Both the position numbers and the translations under genes were made by a program. The notes under the pieces are model-generated. The model ran no database searches, was not told where the DNA came from, and was given only the letters and a program-made list of their open reading frames with translations. A stretch of 39,853 nucleotides of DNA from Hydrogenophaga sp. (lineage in GTDB: Bacteria; Pseudomonadota; Gammaproteobacteria; Burkholderiales; Burkholderiaceae_C), in contig JALOSN010000001.1 in the NCBI GenBank assembly GCA_025458415.1, positions 1 to 39,853 of the forward strand, written 5' to 3'. Below, piece by piece: positions 1-8,947 of the stretch (positions are counted from its first letter, which is position 1; the number at the start of each line of letters is the position of its first letter).

Positions 1-16
1 AGAAACACTGGCCCCA

Positions 17-51
17 GAAAAACAAAAGGCCCCCACTTGCGTGGGAGCCTT
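17..51 (-). terminator. Rho-independent terminator-like hairpin (minus strand)
   Basis: AAGGCCCCCAC-ttgc-GTGGGAGCCTT (26-51, one mismatch), preceded on + by an A-rich tract that is a U-tract on the minus strand. Confidence 0.6.
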
Positions 52-58
52 GTCTTAC

Positions 59-90
59 TGGCGGTGGACGCAGGCGGCAGAAAACCTGTA
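59..90 (-). other. Degenerate tRNA-3'-end-like sequence (possible att remnant)
   Basis: Minus strand reads ACAGG-TTTTCTGCCG-CCTGC-GTCCACC-G-CCA just before the terminator; T-stem/acceptor-like, but lacks the TTCGA loop and a 5' half. Confidence 0.3.
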
Positions 91-282
91 TCGCCGGTTC
101 GCTTCGTGTATGCCTTGAAAATTTCGAGGCATTCAGGATTGAGCGCTCTTTCCGTTCTGGAACCACCCCTTTAAAAAAAATGCGCGCGCACGCGGGCGCG
201 CACGCATAAAAGGGAATTCGGGCCATGAGTTTGCAAGCCCCCCCCCCGCGGCGGGGTCGACCTCAAAACCCACGCAAATCAA

Positions 283-298
283 TATGACGATCGTCATA
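283..298. promoter_or_regulatory. TetR operator (perfect palindrome TATGACGATCGTCATA)
   Basis: 16-bp perfect inverted repeat 20 bp upstream of the TetR start; near-copy at 949-964. Confidence 0.75.
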
Positions 299-318
299 TA
301 GAAAGCTACAATGCCCTC

Positions 319-909
319 ATGCAAGCGATACCCAGCCGCAAAGCCCTGACCCACGAGCGCATCCTCGAGACCGCTGCGCGGGCCATCCGCCGTGCCGGCT
401 TCAACGGGGTGGGCGTGGCCGACATCATGAAAGAGGCCGGCCTGACGCATGGAGGGTTCTATGCCCACTTCGCCTCCCGGGACGCTCTTCTGACCGAAGC
501 CTTGGAGCATGCCGGGAACCAGAATGCAAACCACATGGGAAAGGGCATTGTCAGGCGCCAGACCGACGGTGCCACGCCTTTGCGGGCCCTGGTCGAAGCG
601 TATCTGTCAGAACGCCATTTGACGGGCGTGGAGAACGGCTGCGCCGTGGCGGCGCTGGTGTCTGAAATGCCACGCCAGGCGCCCGAGGTTCGGGCGGTGG
701 GCGCACAGCGCGTGCGAAGCCTGGTGGCCCTGGTCGAGCGCTCACTCCCCCCCGGTGCCGACAACACCGCCGCAGCAGCCATCGCGAGTCAGATGGTTGG
801 TGCGATGCAACTCGCCCGCGCGCTTGGCGACAACGCAGAGGGCAAGGCCCTTCTGGCCGCCAACCGCAACGCATTGCTGGCCCAGTACGACACAACCTCC
901 CAGACCTGA
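319..909 (+). CDS. TetR/AcrR family transcriptional regulator
   Basis: N-terminal HTH (RERIL-like THERILETAAR...GVGVADIMKEAGLTHGGFYAHFASRDALL), 196 aa. Confidence 0.95.
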   Translation: MQAIPSRKALTHERILETAARAIRRAGFNGVGVADIMKEAGLTHGGFYAHFASRDALLTEALEHAGNQNANHMGKGIVRRQTDGATPLRALVEAYLSERHLTGVENGCAVAALVSEMPRQAPEVRAVGAQRVRSLVALVERSLPPGADNTAAAAIASQMVGAMQLARALGDNAEGKALLAANRNALLAQYDTTSQT

Positions 910-948
910 GGCTGCATTTCCACCAGAAGTCATTTTTTTGGACTAGTT

Positions 949-964
949 TATGACGGTCATCATA
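949..964. promoter_or_regulatory. Second TetR operator (TATGACGGTCATCATA)
   Basis: 14/16 match to the 283-298 palindrome, upstream of the MATE gene. Confidence 0.7.
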
Positions 965-1070
965 TGAATACAGGGAACTTTACCCAACCGGGATGCCAGC
1001 TCATGAGCTCGTCCGCACTCAACAGGCGCCAGTCCGACACACCCGCTGCTGCTCCATGGGGCAATACCCC

Positions 1071-2441
1071 ATGAGCACGGTTGAAAGTCTCGGCCCAGGT
1101 CAGGCCCGTGTGCAGCAGATGCTGCACGCTCCTCTGCTCTCCACCCTTTTCCGGCTGGCCACACCCAACGTGTTGGGTCTGTTTGCCGCAACGATCGTGA
1201 TCGGCTACGACGGCTACATCCTTGGGCTGCTGGGTGCAGATGCCTTGGCCGGCATCGCGCTGGTGTTTCCACTATCGATGCTCATGCTGCAGATGTCGGC
1301 CGGCGGCATTGGAGGCGCAACCACAGCTGCGGTCGCACGAGCGCTGGGGGCGGGTCGCGGCGAAGACGCCAGCCGGCTGGCCCAGCAAGCCCTGTTCATT
1401 GCGGCTGCCCTTGCGGCCATGTTCATGCTGGCCTTGCTGGGCTTTGGACGCAGCATCTACGAAGGGATGGGGGGTCGCGGTCCCACGCTGGAAGCCGCGC
1501 TCGCGTATTCGAACGTGCTGTTCAGCGGCGCGCTCATCATCTGGTTCACGAACGTGCTGGCGGCCGTGGTGCGGGGCGCTGGCAACATGGTGCTGCCTTC
1601 GGTGTTGCTGCTGGGCACGGCCTTGATGCACCTTCCCCTTGCGCCCCTGCTGGTGTTCGGCTGGGGGCCTGTTGCGGGCATGGGCGTGGCCGGTGCTGCG
1701 GTCAGCACGCTGGTGGTCAACGCGTCGTCTGCGGTGGTGATGGCGGTCTGGCTGCTGCGCCGGGAAGGCGCGGTGCACTTGCAGCGCTCACCCTGGCGCC
1801 TGCACCTGCCGCTGATGCGCGACATCCTCAAGGTGGGCCTGCCCGCGTCGCTGAGTCCTGTGATCAGCAACGCCTCCATCGCCGCGGCCACTGCATTCGT
1901 GGGCAGCTTTGGCACCGCGGCACTCGCGGGCTACGGAGTGGCCGCCCGGCTCGAGTACATCCTCGTGCCCATCGCCTTCGGGTTTGGAACCGCACTCACT
2001 GCCATGGTCGCCACCAACATGGGCGCCGGTCAATCCAGCCGTGCCCTGCGCGTAGCCTGGGCCGGCGGGGCCGTGGTGGCGGCCATCACGGGCGCCATTG
2101 GCGTGGTCACTGCGCTGGTGCCTTCGCTTTGGATGGGCCTGTTCACCTCCGACCCCGAGGTGCTGGCGCTGGGCGCCACCTACCTCAACATCGTGGGGGG
2201 CAGTTATGCCTTCTTCGGTCTGGGCCTGGCATTGTTCTTCGCTTCACAAGGTGCCGGGCGCATGTTCTGGCCGCTGGCCAGCAGCATGGCGCGCCTGGTG
2301 ATCCTGCTGGTGGGTGGCTGGCTGTGCGTGCATGTGTTCAACACCTCGGCCAACGCCCTCTTCGCCGTCATCGCCCTCAGCCTGGTGGTGTACGGCTCCC
2401 TGCTGGCGCTGGCCATCCGCCTCGGCAGCTGGACCCGCTGA
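1071..2441 (+). CDS. MATE family efflux transporter
   Basis: About 12 hydrophobic segments; MATE motifs (LGADALAGIALVFP, FGTAALAGYGVAARLE, NMGAG). Start could be 993; 1071 gives a typical ~456 aa. Confidence 0.92.
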   Translation: MSTVESLGPGQARVQQMLHAPLLSTLFRLATPNVLGLFAATIVIGYDGYILGLLGADALAGIALVFPLSMLMLQMSAGGIGGATTAAVARALGAGRGEDASRLAQQALFIAAALAAMFMLALLGFGRSIYEGMGGRGPTLEAALAYSNVLFSGALIIWFTNVLAAVVRGAGNMVLPSVLLLGTALMHLPLAPLLVFGWGPVAGMGVAGAAVSTLVVNASSAVVMAVWLLRREGAVHLQRSPWRLHLPLMRDILKVGLPASLSPVISNASIAAATAFVGSFGTAALAGYGVAARLEYILVPIAFGFGTALTAMVATNMGAGQSSRALRVAWAGGAVVAAITGAIGVVTALVPSLWMGLFTSDPEVLALGATYLNIVGGSYAFFGLGLALFFASQGAGRMFWPLASSMARLVILLVGGWLCVHVFNTSANALFAVIALSLVVYGSLLALAIRLGSWTR

Positions 2442-2474
2442 ACTTCCTCATCCCTCCCCACCCCTGGAGAACCC

Positions 2475-2891
2475 ATGACCTCACAAGCCGACCACTTCAA
2501 CCAGCTGGGCGCCGGCGCCCTGCCCGGTCACCTGGGCCTGGTGATCACGCACATCAGCCCGCAGGAGGTGCGATCCGAACTGGCGGTGAAGCCCACCACC
2601 ATGGCCCCCAATGGCTACCTGCACGCCGGCAGCGTGGTCACCCTCGCCGACACGAGCTGCGGCTACGGCTGCGTGGCCAATCTGCCGAAGGAAGCCAAGG
2701 GTTTCACCACCATCGAGCTGAAAAGCAACCACCTGGGCACGGCACTGGAAGGCACCATCGATTGCGTGGCCAAGCCCGCGCACCTCGGCCGCACCACGCA
2801 GGTGTGGGACGCGGTGGTCACGCACCGGGAAACCGGCAAGACCATTGCGTTGTTCCGGTGTACGCAGATGGTGCTGTTTCCCAAGGGCTGA
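2475..2891 (+). CDS. PaaI family hotdog-fold thioesterase
   Basis: NGYLHAGSVVTLADT and TTIELKSNHL...HLGRTTQVW motifs; GGAGA RBS. Confidence 0.92.
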   Translation: MTSQADHFNQLGAGALPGHLGLVITHISPQEVRSELAVKPTTMAPNGYLHAGSVVTLADTSCGYGCVANLPKEAKGFTTIELKSNHLGTALEGTIDCVAKPAHLGRTTQVWDAVVTHRETGKTIALFRCTQMVLFPKG

Positions 2892-3219
2892 CGCGGGAGA
2901 TCGTCAGCAATCGCTGGGTGTCTAGCGGCAGCTGGGCTCCATTGAAGTTCAGCTTCGCAGTAGCTTGCCTGTGGCGGTCAGTCCACGAGCACTTCGCGGT
3001 CGGATGCGGTCAACATCTGCCTGCCCAGCCAAGTCTTACTGTCATCGATGCCAGCGGCTGAGCTGCGGCATTGGCCTCGACAAGGCTGCTGTTTTGAACC
3101 GCCTCGGGACCGCACGTCTCAAACACTGCCCCAATGCCTCCCCGAATGGCCACCAAGGACAAGGCGCTGCACGTGTTTAGGGCATTTCTGGCCTCGCCGA
3201 TACCGGTGGGCAGAGCCAG

Positions 3220-3567
3220 AGTCAGCCGTTCATTTGCTGCACCGGCTGGGGGTTACCCACCACTGTCATCCGGCCCGGCAGCACCTTTCACTTGCTGCGG
3301 AGCTGGTGCCAGGCCTGTGCGTGGCCCAACGCGTCGGGCTTCAGCCGAAACCAATAGCTGTCCCGGTGGCGCTCGATGCCGCAATACGGTACCCAGTTCA
3401 CCGCCGAGCCCAGCACGTTGCCCACCGTGGCTGCCACCAGCAGCCACCCGAGCGTGGTCCCCCGTGAGGTACAGCCCCACCAGCACAGCCTCCGACGCGG
3501 TGGGTAGCAAGGTTTCCGCCACGAAGGCGCTGAGGAACAGTCCTCCGTAAACCCCAAGGTCTCCCAT
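3220..3567 (-). pseudogene. YqaA/DedA-family membrane protein, frameshifted and with premature stop
   Basis: GLFLSAFVAETLLPTASEAVLVGL in one frame, continuing as WLLVAATVGNVLGSAVNW in another; then K*KVL..MTVVGNP where homologues have KW...WxPxxGDP. Left end approximate. Confidence 0.75.
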
Positions 3568-4892
3568 CAGCGGTCCGCGTCCGGCCAGTGCGGATGCTGG
3601 TCCTCGACCACAAAGGCATGGGCATGGCGCACCCGGTTGCCTTCGCGCACCGCGCCTTCGGTGTGGGCGTGGCCGGCGGGCAGGTCAGGGTGTTCGTGTT
3701 CAATCACATCCGGGTCGATGGCCGGCCAGACCCTGAGCGCCACCCCACCGAACAGCGCAGCGGCGCCGCCCAGCACCACAAAGCTGGCGGCCATGCCGTA
3801 CCGGCTGCCGAGCCAGCCAGCCAGGGGATAGAACAGCAGCCAGCAAGCGTGCGACAGGGCAAACTGCGCCGCAAACAGCGCCGGCCGGTCTTCCGGGTGG
3901 GCGGACCGGCGCAGCAGCCGCCCCGACGGCGTCTGCGCGGTGGAATAGCCCAGGCCCATGACAAACCAAAGCACCGCCAAGGCCACCTGTCCGGTAACAG
4001 CGCTGCCGGCGAACAGACACGCCACCATCAGCCCGATACCGCCGAGCATGGCGCTGCGGTCGGGAAACCGCTCCAGCAACTGCGGCAGCGCCAGCGCAGC
4101 CACCATGGAGCCGGCGCCGAAGCTGGCAAGTACAAGCGCCACCGCGCTCTGGCCCAGCCCCAGGCCACCCTGCACGATGACCACCGTGTTCACAAACACC
4201 ATCGAACCGGCGGCCGCGACCGCCGCGCTGACCGCAAGCAGACCGCGCAGGCGGGGCGTGGCCAGGTAGATGTGCAGCCCGCGGGTGGTGCGTTCGTAAA
4301 CGCCGCGGCGCTGAGCGGAAGGCCGGGCCGGCAGGGCCACGCTTGCCACCAACGTGGCCGAAACCAGAAAGCCCACCACGGTGCCGGCAAACAGGTCGTG
4401 AAAGCCGATGGCGGTGAGAAGGGCCGCCGCCAGCATCGGGCTCACCAGGCTTTCCGTGTCGTAGGCCAGCCGGGAGAGCGAAAGGGCCTTGGTGTAGTCC
4501 TTCTCCTGCGGCAACACGTCAGGAATGGTGGCCTGGAACGTGGGCGTAAACGCAGCCGACGCCGCCTGCAGCACGAAGATCAGCAGGTACACCTCCCAGA
4601 CCTGGGTCACGAAAGGCAGCAGCAGCGCCACCGCCGCGCGCACCAGGTCGAGCGCCACCAGCAAGGTGCGCCGGGGCAGGCGGTCGGCAAATGCCGTGGC
4701 CACCGGCGCCACACCCACATACGCCACCATCTTGATGGCCAGCGCCGTGCCCAGCACCAGGCCCGCATCTTCGCCAGCGAGTTCAAAGGCCAGCAACCCC
4801 AGCGCCACAGTGGCCAGTCCGGTACCGATCAGGGCAATGACCTGCGCGGCAAACAGGTGGCGGTAGGTCCGGTTGGCGAGAACGTCGAGCAT
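3567..4892 (-). CDS. nreB: NreB-like MFS nickel-resistance transporter with His-rich C-terminus
   Basis: MLDVLANRTYRHLFAAQVIALIGTGLATVAL start, 12 TM, FAAQFALSHACWL, C-terminal EHEH...GHAH...HAHAFVVEDQHPHW; directly downstream of an nreA-like gene. Confidence 0.85.
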   Translation of the reverse strand: MLDVLANRTYRHLFAAQVIALIGTGLATVALGLLAFELAGEDAGLVLGTALAIKMVAYVGVAPVATAFADRLPRRTLLVALDLVRAAVALLLPFVTQVWEVYLLIFVLQAASAAFTPTFQATIPDVLPQEKDYTKALSLSRLAYDTESLVSPMLAAALLTAIGFHDLFAGTVVGFLVSATLVASVALPARPSAQRRGVYERTTRGLHIYLATPRLRGLLAVSAAVAAAGSMVFVNTVVIVQGGLGLGQSAVALVLASFGAGSMVAALALPQLLERFPDRSAMLGGIGLMVACLFAGSAVTGQVALAVLWFVMGLGYSTAQTPSGRLLRRSAHPEDRPALFAAQFALSHACWLLFYPLAGWLGSRYGMAASFVVLGGAAALFGGVALRVWPAIDPDVIEHEHPDLPAGHAHTEGAVREGNRVRHAHAFVVEDQHPHWPDADR

Positions 4893-4983
4893 GGGCAGCC
4901 GTCGGTGGAACGTGTTGGTCAGGAAGCGACCGTGCGCCCGGGAGTTTCGGGCCAGAAGCCCAAGGGCTCAGCGGCTCAAAGGC

Positions 4984-5262
4984 TCAGAGGTAGCGGGTGA
5001 TTTCCTTGAATTCGTCCAGCGACTGGCGCCGTGCGCCCGTCACGGGGCGCACCATCTCTTCCAGGCAATGGTCGAGGTGGTCCTGGATCAGCGCCTTCTT
5101 GGCCTGCTGGATGGCTTTTTCCACCGCCTGCAGCTGTTGGGCCACGTCCAGGCATTCCCGACCTTGAACCACCATTTCGATGGTGCTGTTCAGGTGCCCG
5201 CTGGCGCGGCGAAGTCGCTTGACGATGGCGGCATGGGAGACATGTGTGTGTGGTTGTTTCAT
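4984..5262 (-). CDS. nreA: NreA-like CsoR/RcnR family metal-sensing repressor
   Basis: HTHVSH...KRLRRASGHL...CLDVAQQLQAVEKAI...DHLDHCL...EFKEITRYL; true start is the internal ATG at 5262 (92 aa). Confidence 0.88.
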   Translation of the reverse strand: MKQPHTHVSHAAIVKRLRRASGHLNSTIEMVVQGRECLDVAQQLQAVEKAIQQAKKALIQDHLDHCLEEMVRPVTGARRQSLDEFKEITRYL

Positions 5263-5271
5263 GGTCGAACG

Positions 5272-5290
5272 TATCCCCTCGGGGAGGTTA
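5272..5290. promoter_or_regulatory. CsoR/RcnR-type operator (TATCCCCTCGGGGAGGTTA)
   Basis: C-tract/G-tract quasi-palindrome in the 48-bp divergent gap between nreA and the His-rich ORF. Confidence 0.6.
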
Positions 5291-5310
5291 CTATATCGCC
5301 CTTGCCGAAC

Positions 5311-5766
5311 ATGATCACCATGACCTTCATTGCCCGCAACCCCACAGGCCCAGCACGCCTGGTACCCACCGGTCGCGCCGCCCTTGGCGTGCGCTGGCTG
5401 GTTCTGCTGGTGATCCTGTTTGGAACCCTGGTGTCGTCGGTGGGCGGTATGAACTCCCACGGCATTGCGGCCATTGCATCGGCGGCGCACGCTGCAGCGC
5501 CCGGCGAGCGTTCCGGCCACGACCTGGAGCACGGGCACTCCCACGGCCATTCCCACGAGGACGAGGACCTTGCGTGGGACACCACCAGCGCAGGCCTCAC
5601 CGCCGACCACCCCCACCACGGGGCAGACCATTCGCACGACAAGGCCCATGCCGTCCCCGGCGCCTGGGCGTCAGCCGCCGTGCCGCTGCCCGGGTGGCGC
5701 TGGCATGTGCTGTCGTGGCCCGAAACCATGCAGCCGTACCGGCTGGAACGCCCTCCCATGGGCTGA
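5311..5766 (+). CDS. His-rich exported/leader protein ending in an RPP motif
   Basis: Hydrophobic N-terminal segment, HGHSHGHSH and HPHHGADHSH tracts, C-terminal LERPPMG; high-GC codon usage; start 5311 or 5320. Confidence 0.7.
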   Translation: MITMTFIARNPTGPARLVPTGRAALGVRWLVLLVILFGTLVSSVGGMNSHGIAAIASAAHAAAPGERSGHDLEHGHSHGHSHEDEDLAWDTTSAGLTADHPHHGADHSHDKAHAVPGAWASAAVPLPGWRWHVLSWPETMQPYRLERPPMG

Positions 5767-5782
5767 GCGCCGCCTCTTTCAA

Positions 5783-5848
5783 GCGACTGCGCTGCCGTGA
5801 AAGCGCGAACGGAAATGCCCGTGGCAGCGTCCGTCGCAACGTTTTTTT
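5783..5848 (+). terminator. Attenuator-like stem-loop plus U-tract between the leader ORF and the HupE/UreJ gene
   Basis: GCGAC(5783-87)/GTCGC(5833-37) and CGCTGCCGTG(5790-99)/CGTGGCAGCG(5820-29) pair, followed by T7 at 5842-5848. Confidence 0.5.
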
Positions 5849-5866
5849 CAGATCTCTGGAGTCCCC

Positions 5867-6604
5867 ATGCACAGTCCTGTTCACGACAGGCTGCCGCTTT
5901 CGCCCTGGGCGATCGCGCACCCTCGTCTGTTTCTCCTCGCCGCTTTCTTCGTCTGCCTCCTGCTGAGCAGCGCAGAAGCCTTTGCCCACGCCGTCACCGA
6001 AGGCGACAAGGGCTACATCCAGGAAATTTCGGGTGTGAATCTGCTGCCGTTCATGTACCTGGGCGCCAAGCACATGATGACCGGCTACGACCACATCCTG
6101 TTCCTGTTCGGTGTGATCTTCTTCCTGCACCGGCTCCAGCACATTGCCATCTATGTGAGCCTGTTCGCGGTCGGTCACTCCACCACCATGATCCTCGGCG
6201 TGTACTTCAACGTCGGCATCAACAGCTACCTGATCGACGCCATCATCGGCCTGTCGGTGGTCTACAAGGCCCTGGACAACATGGGGGCCTTCCAGCGGTG
6301 GCTGGGCTTCCAGCCCGACACCAAGGTGGCCACGCTGGTGTTCGGTCTGTTCCACGGCTTCGGTCTGGCGACCAAGATCATCGAGTACGAGATCTCTCCC
6401 GACGGGCTGGTGCCCAACCTGCTCGCGTTCAACGTCGGCGTGGAAATCGGCCAGCTGCTGGCCCTGGCCGTGATCCTGATCGGCATGAGCTACTGGCGGC
6501 GCACGCCCAGCTTCCTGCGCCACGCGTACACCGCCAACGTCGCCATGATGAGCGCCGGCTTCATTCTGGTGGGCATGCAGCTCACCGGCTACTTCGTGTC
6601 TTGA
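5867..6604 (+). CDS. HupE/UreJ family membrane protein (putative Ni/Co binding or transport)
   Basis: Signal ending AFAH, LGAKHMMTGYDHILFL, GHSTT, FGLFHGFGLA, FNVGVEIGQL. Confidence 0.9.
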   Translation: MHSPVHDRLPLSPWAIAHPRLFLLAAFFVCLLLSSAEAFAHAVTEGDKGYIQEISGVNLLPFMYLGAKHMMTGYDHILFLFGVIFFLHRLQHIAIYVSLFAVGHSTTMILGVYFNVGINSYLIDAIIGLSVVYKALDNMGAFQRWLGFQPDTKVATLVFGLFHGFGLATKIIEYEISPDGLVPNLLAFNVGVEIGQLLALAVILIGMSYWRRTPSFLRHAYTANVAMMSAGFILVGMQLTGYFVS

Positions 6605-6635
6605 ACGCATCAACCACACACCAGGAATACTCACC

Positions 6636-7313
6636 ATGTACAACGGCAATACCCCAACCCCCGCAGAACTGCCCACCTCCCGGCAACTGATCCGCTCCAC
6701 CATCCTGGCCGCCATCTCGGCGGTCGTGCTGCTGGTGGCGGTGGTCCTGCCCGCCGAATACGGCGTTGACCCCACCGGCATCGGCCGGGTCCTGCGCATG
6801 ACCGAAATGGGCGAGATCAAGCAGGATCTGGCCGCTGAAGCCGCTGCCGACGCGGCCGCCACAGCAGCCAACGCTGCCTCCTCAGCCCCACCTGCAGCGG
6901 CTCAGTCCGGCATGTCTTCCGCCAGCGCGGCGCCAGCAGCGGCCACCACCCCCTCCCCGGCACCCGCTGCCGTTGTGGTGGCGGCCGCACCGACGGTGGA
7001 ATGGCGCGACGAAATCCCCTTCACGCTGACGCCGGGCGAAGGCACGGAAATCAAGCTGACGATGGCCGAGGGCGCCAAGGTCCAGTACGCATGGGTGGTG
7101 GAAGGCGGCGCGGTGAACTACGACACCCACGGCGACGCGCCGGGCAAGTCCATCAGCTACGTCAAGGGCCGTAGCGTTCCGGCCGACGAGGGCGTGCTGG
7201 AAGCAGCCTTCACCGGCAACCACGGCTGGTACTGGCGCAACCGCGGCAAGGCGGATGTGAAGGTCATCCTGCGCACCCGGGGCGACTACAGCTCCATCAA
7301 GCGCGTCAAGTAA
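6636..7313 (+). CDS. Membrane-anchored periplasmic protein ('transmembrane anchor protein' type)
   Basis: Single TM, LPAEYGVDPTGIG, Ala/Pro linker, YDTHG and GNHGWYWRNR motifs; follows HupE/UreJ. Confidence 0.8.
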   Translation: MYNGNTPTPAELPTSRQLIRSTILAAISAVVLLVAVVLPAEYGVDPTGIGRVLRMTEMGEIKQDLAAEAAADAAATAANAASSAPPAAAQSGMSSASAAPAAATTPSPAPAAVVVAAAPTVEWRDEIPFTLTPGEGTEIKLTMAEGAKVQYAWVVEGGAVNYDTHGDAPGKSISYVKGRSVPADEGVLEAAFTGNHGWYWRNRGKADVKVILRTRGDYSSIKRVK

Positions 7314-7315
7314 AT

Positions 7316-7352
7316 GAAAAAGCTGCCCCGCGACGCTGGTCACGGGGCAGCT
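7316..7352. terminator. Terminator hairpin between convergent units
   Basis: AGCTGCCCCG(7321-30)/CGGGGCAGCT(7343-52) perfect 10-bp stem with an A-tract on the left. Confidence 0.65.
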
Positions 7353-7674
7353 CGCATCCGGATGGGTAGTTTCGCTCAGGACAGATGGTTTCGTAATGAG
7401 GTCAGGTCGCACGAACCATTCCGGTTCGGTGAGTCTGCCTCATCACGCCACCGAAACGTCACTGGAAAAGAGGATGTACCGTATGACCATTTGGGTCGCA
7501 AGCGCAAACGCCGCCAGGATCTGTTGCACGCGGAGACGAAACGCATTGCACACCTCACAGGCAGGATCAGCCAACTTGACGTTATTGACCGACGCATCTG
7601 CGTTCCCGATTCTGGAGAGTGTGGCGTATCACCCTGCCGGCCTGCTGTGAAGGCTGCAACTCCACAGCCCGCAT

Positions 7675-7998
7675 TCAGGTTCGAGGTTGGTACGCAATGA
7701 TCGCCATACCCGCCAGCGTGACGGCCACACCGGCCAGATCCCAGGAGGTCGGGCGAACGCCATCGACCCACCAAAGCCACGCTAGCGCCACCGCCACATA
7801 AACCCCGCCGTAGGCCGCGTAGACGCGACCCGATGGCGCGGCGTGCAGGGTGAGCAGCCAGGCGAATGTGGCCAGGCTCGCGGCCGCTGCGGGCAACAGC
7901 CACCAACTCGAGCCCTGACCGCGCAGCCACAGCAGAGGCAAATAGCAACCAACGATCTCGGCGATGCCGGTGGCGAGGAAGAGCAGCAGGGTTCTCAC
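7675..7998 (-). CDS. ynfA: YnfA/UPF0060 small multidrug-resistance-like membrane protein
   Basis: [32 protein letters not shown]; 107 aa, GTG start. Confidence 0.92.
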   Translation of the reverse strand: MRTLLLFLATGIAEIVGCYLPLLWLRGQGSSWWLLPAAAASLATFAWLLTLHAAPSGRVYAAYGGVYVAVALAWLWWVDGVRPTSWDLAGVAVTLAGMAIIAYQPRT

Positions 7999-8013
7999 GA
8001 CGACAACAAGTTC

Positions 8014-8670
8014 TCAGACATCCATGGACTTCAACAGGGTCAGGATGTCTTCGGCGATCACAGCTGGCTCGGCGCCGTAACTCGAATACAACCGTACCGC
8101 GCCGTTGGTGTCGAACACATACTCGCCCGCCGAATGGTCCATCGTGTACGAGGTGGAAGTCGTGCCTTCAACTTTGCGGTAGGTGATCTTGAAGCTGTCG
8201 GCCACGGCCTTGAGTTCAGCCGGTTCGGGACGCAGCGCCAGAAAGCCCGGGTCGAAGTTGGTCATGTACTCCTTGAGCAACGGCAGTGTGTCGCGCTCCG
8301 GGTCCACCGTGATGAAGAGCACCTGCAGCCGACTGCCCTGACCGCCCATGAGACGCTTCACCTCAGCCAGGGTGATCATGGAAGTGGGGCACACATCAGG
8401 GCACTGGGTGAAGCCGAAGAACACCACCACCACCTTGCCGCGAAAGTCGGCCATGGTGCGCACCTGCCCGGTGTGGTCGGTGAGCTTCAGGTCTTGCGCA
8501 AAGGTGGCGCCTGTGATGTCCGTGCTCTTGAACGTGGGCGCCTGGGGTGAGCAGCCCGCGAGGAAACCACCCGCTGTGAGCCGGATGAGACTCCTGTCTG
8601 CATAACGGCCTTGCTGCCCAGCTTCCCTATCGGATTGCCCCCACCCCGGTTTGACCTGTTGACCCATCAC
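8014..8670 (-). CDS. SCO1/SenC family copper chaperone (lipoprotein)
   Basis: LAGC lipobox, FFGFTQCPDVCP (CxxxC), ITVDPERD, YTMDHSA. Confidence 0.9.
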   Translation of the reverse strand: MMGQQVKPGWGQSDREAGQQGRYADRSLIRLTAGGFLAGCSPQAPTFKSTDITGATFAQDLKLTDHTGQVRTMADFRGKVVVVFFGFTQCPDVCPTSMITLAEVKRLMGGQGSRLQVLFITVDPERDTLPLLKEYMTNFDPGFLALRPEPAELKAVADSFKITYRKVEGTTSTSYTMDHSAGEYVFDTNGAVRLYSSYGAEPAVIAEDILTLLKSMDV

Positions 8671-8866
8671 ATCACTTCCTGAGAGCTCTCCTTCAAAACG
8701 GTTTCTGTGCGTTTGGTGTTCAGCTCATTGTGGTGGTCTCAATGAGAAGGCGTGGACCGATCTTCATCGTCGCATGCTGTTTGTGGGGATGACCCAGGTC
8801 ACCATGCACCTGGAGATCTGGACTCCAGCTTCCGATCCGAGCTGCACGGGGTGTATTGAAAAAAGT

Positions 8867-8893
8867 TGTCACGTTTTTTCATGCTGTTGCGAC
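8867..8893 (+). promoter_or_regulatory. ECF-type promoter TGTCAC-N17-CGAC
   Basis: Variant of the recurring motif, upstream of 8948. Confidence 0.5.
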
Positions 8894-8947
8894 CAAGGTC
8901 ATGACGGCACTGCAATTCGCAGCGTCGCAAACCCGAAAGGAATCATC

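Noticed and set aside
2892-3220. Short ORFs between the thioesterase and the yqaA remnant
   Set aside because: No family signal; likely junction DNA
3286-3292. In-frame TGA in the yqaA remnant as Sec
   Set aside because: Aligns to a Trp (TGG to TGA) in an already frameshifted gene
3588-5000. Long antisense/alternate-frame ORFs (e.g. 3588-5000, 5597-6871, 16347-17549, 29799-30842, 37487-38872)
   Set aside because: Shadow ORFs expected opposite real genes in high-GC DNA
7353-7675. ORFs 7314-7700, 7396-7650 and 7376-7948
   Set aside because: No recognisable motifs, atypical codon usage, overlap a terminator hairpin or ynfA; possibly a decayed remnant, but not identifiable
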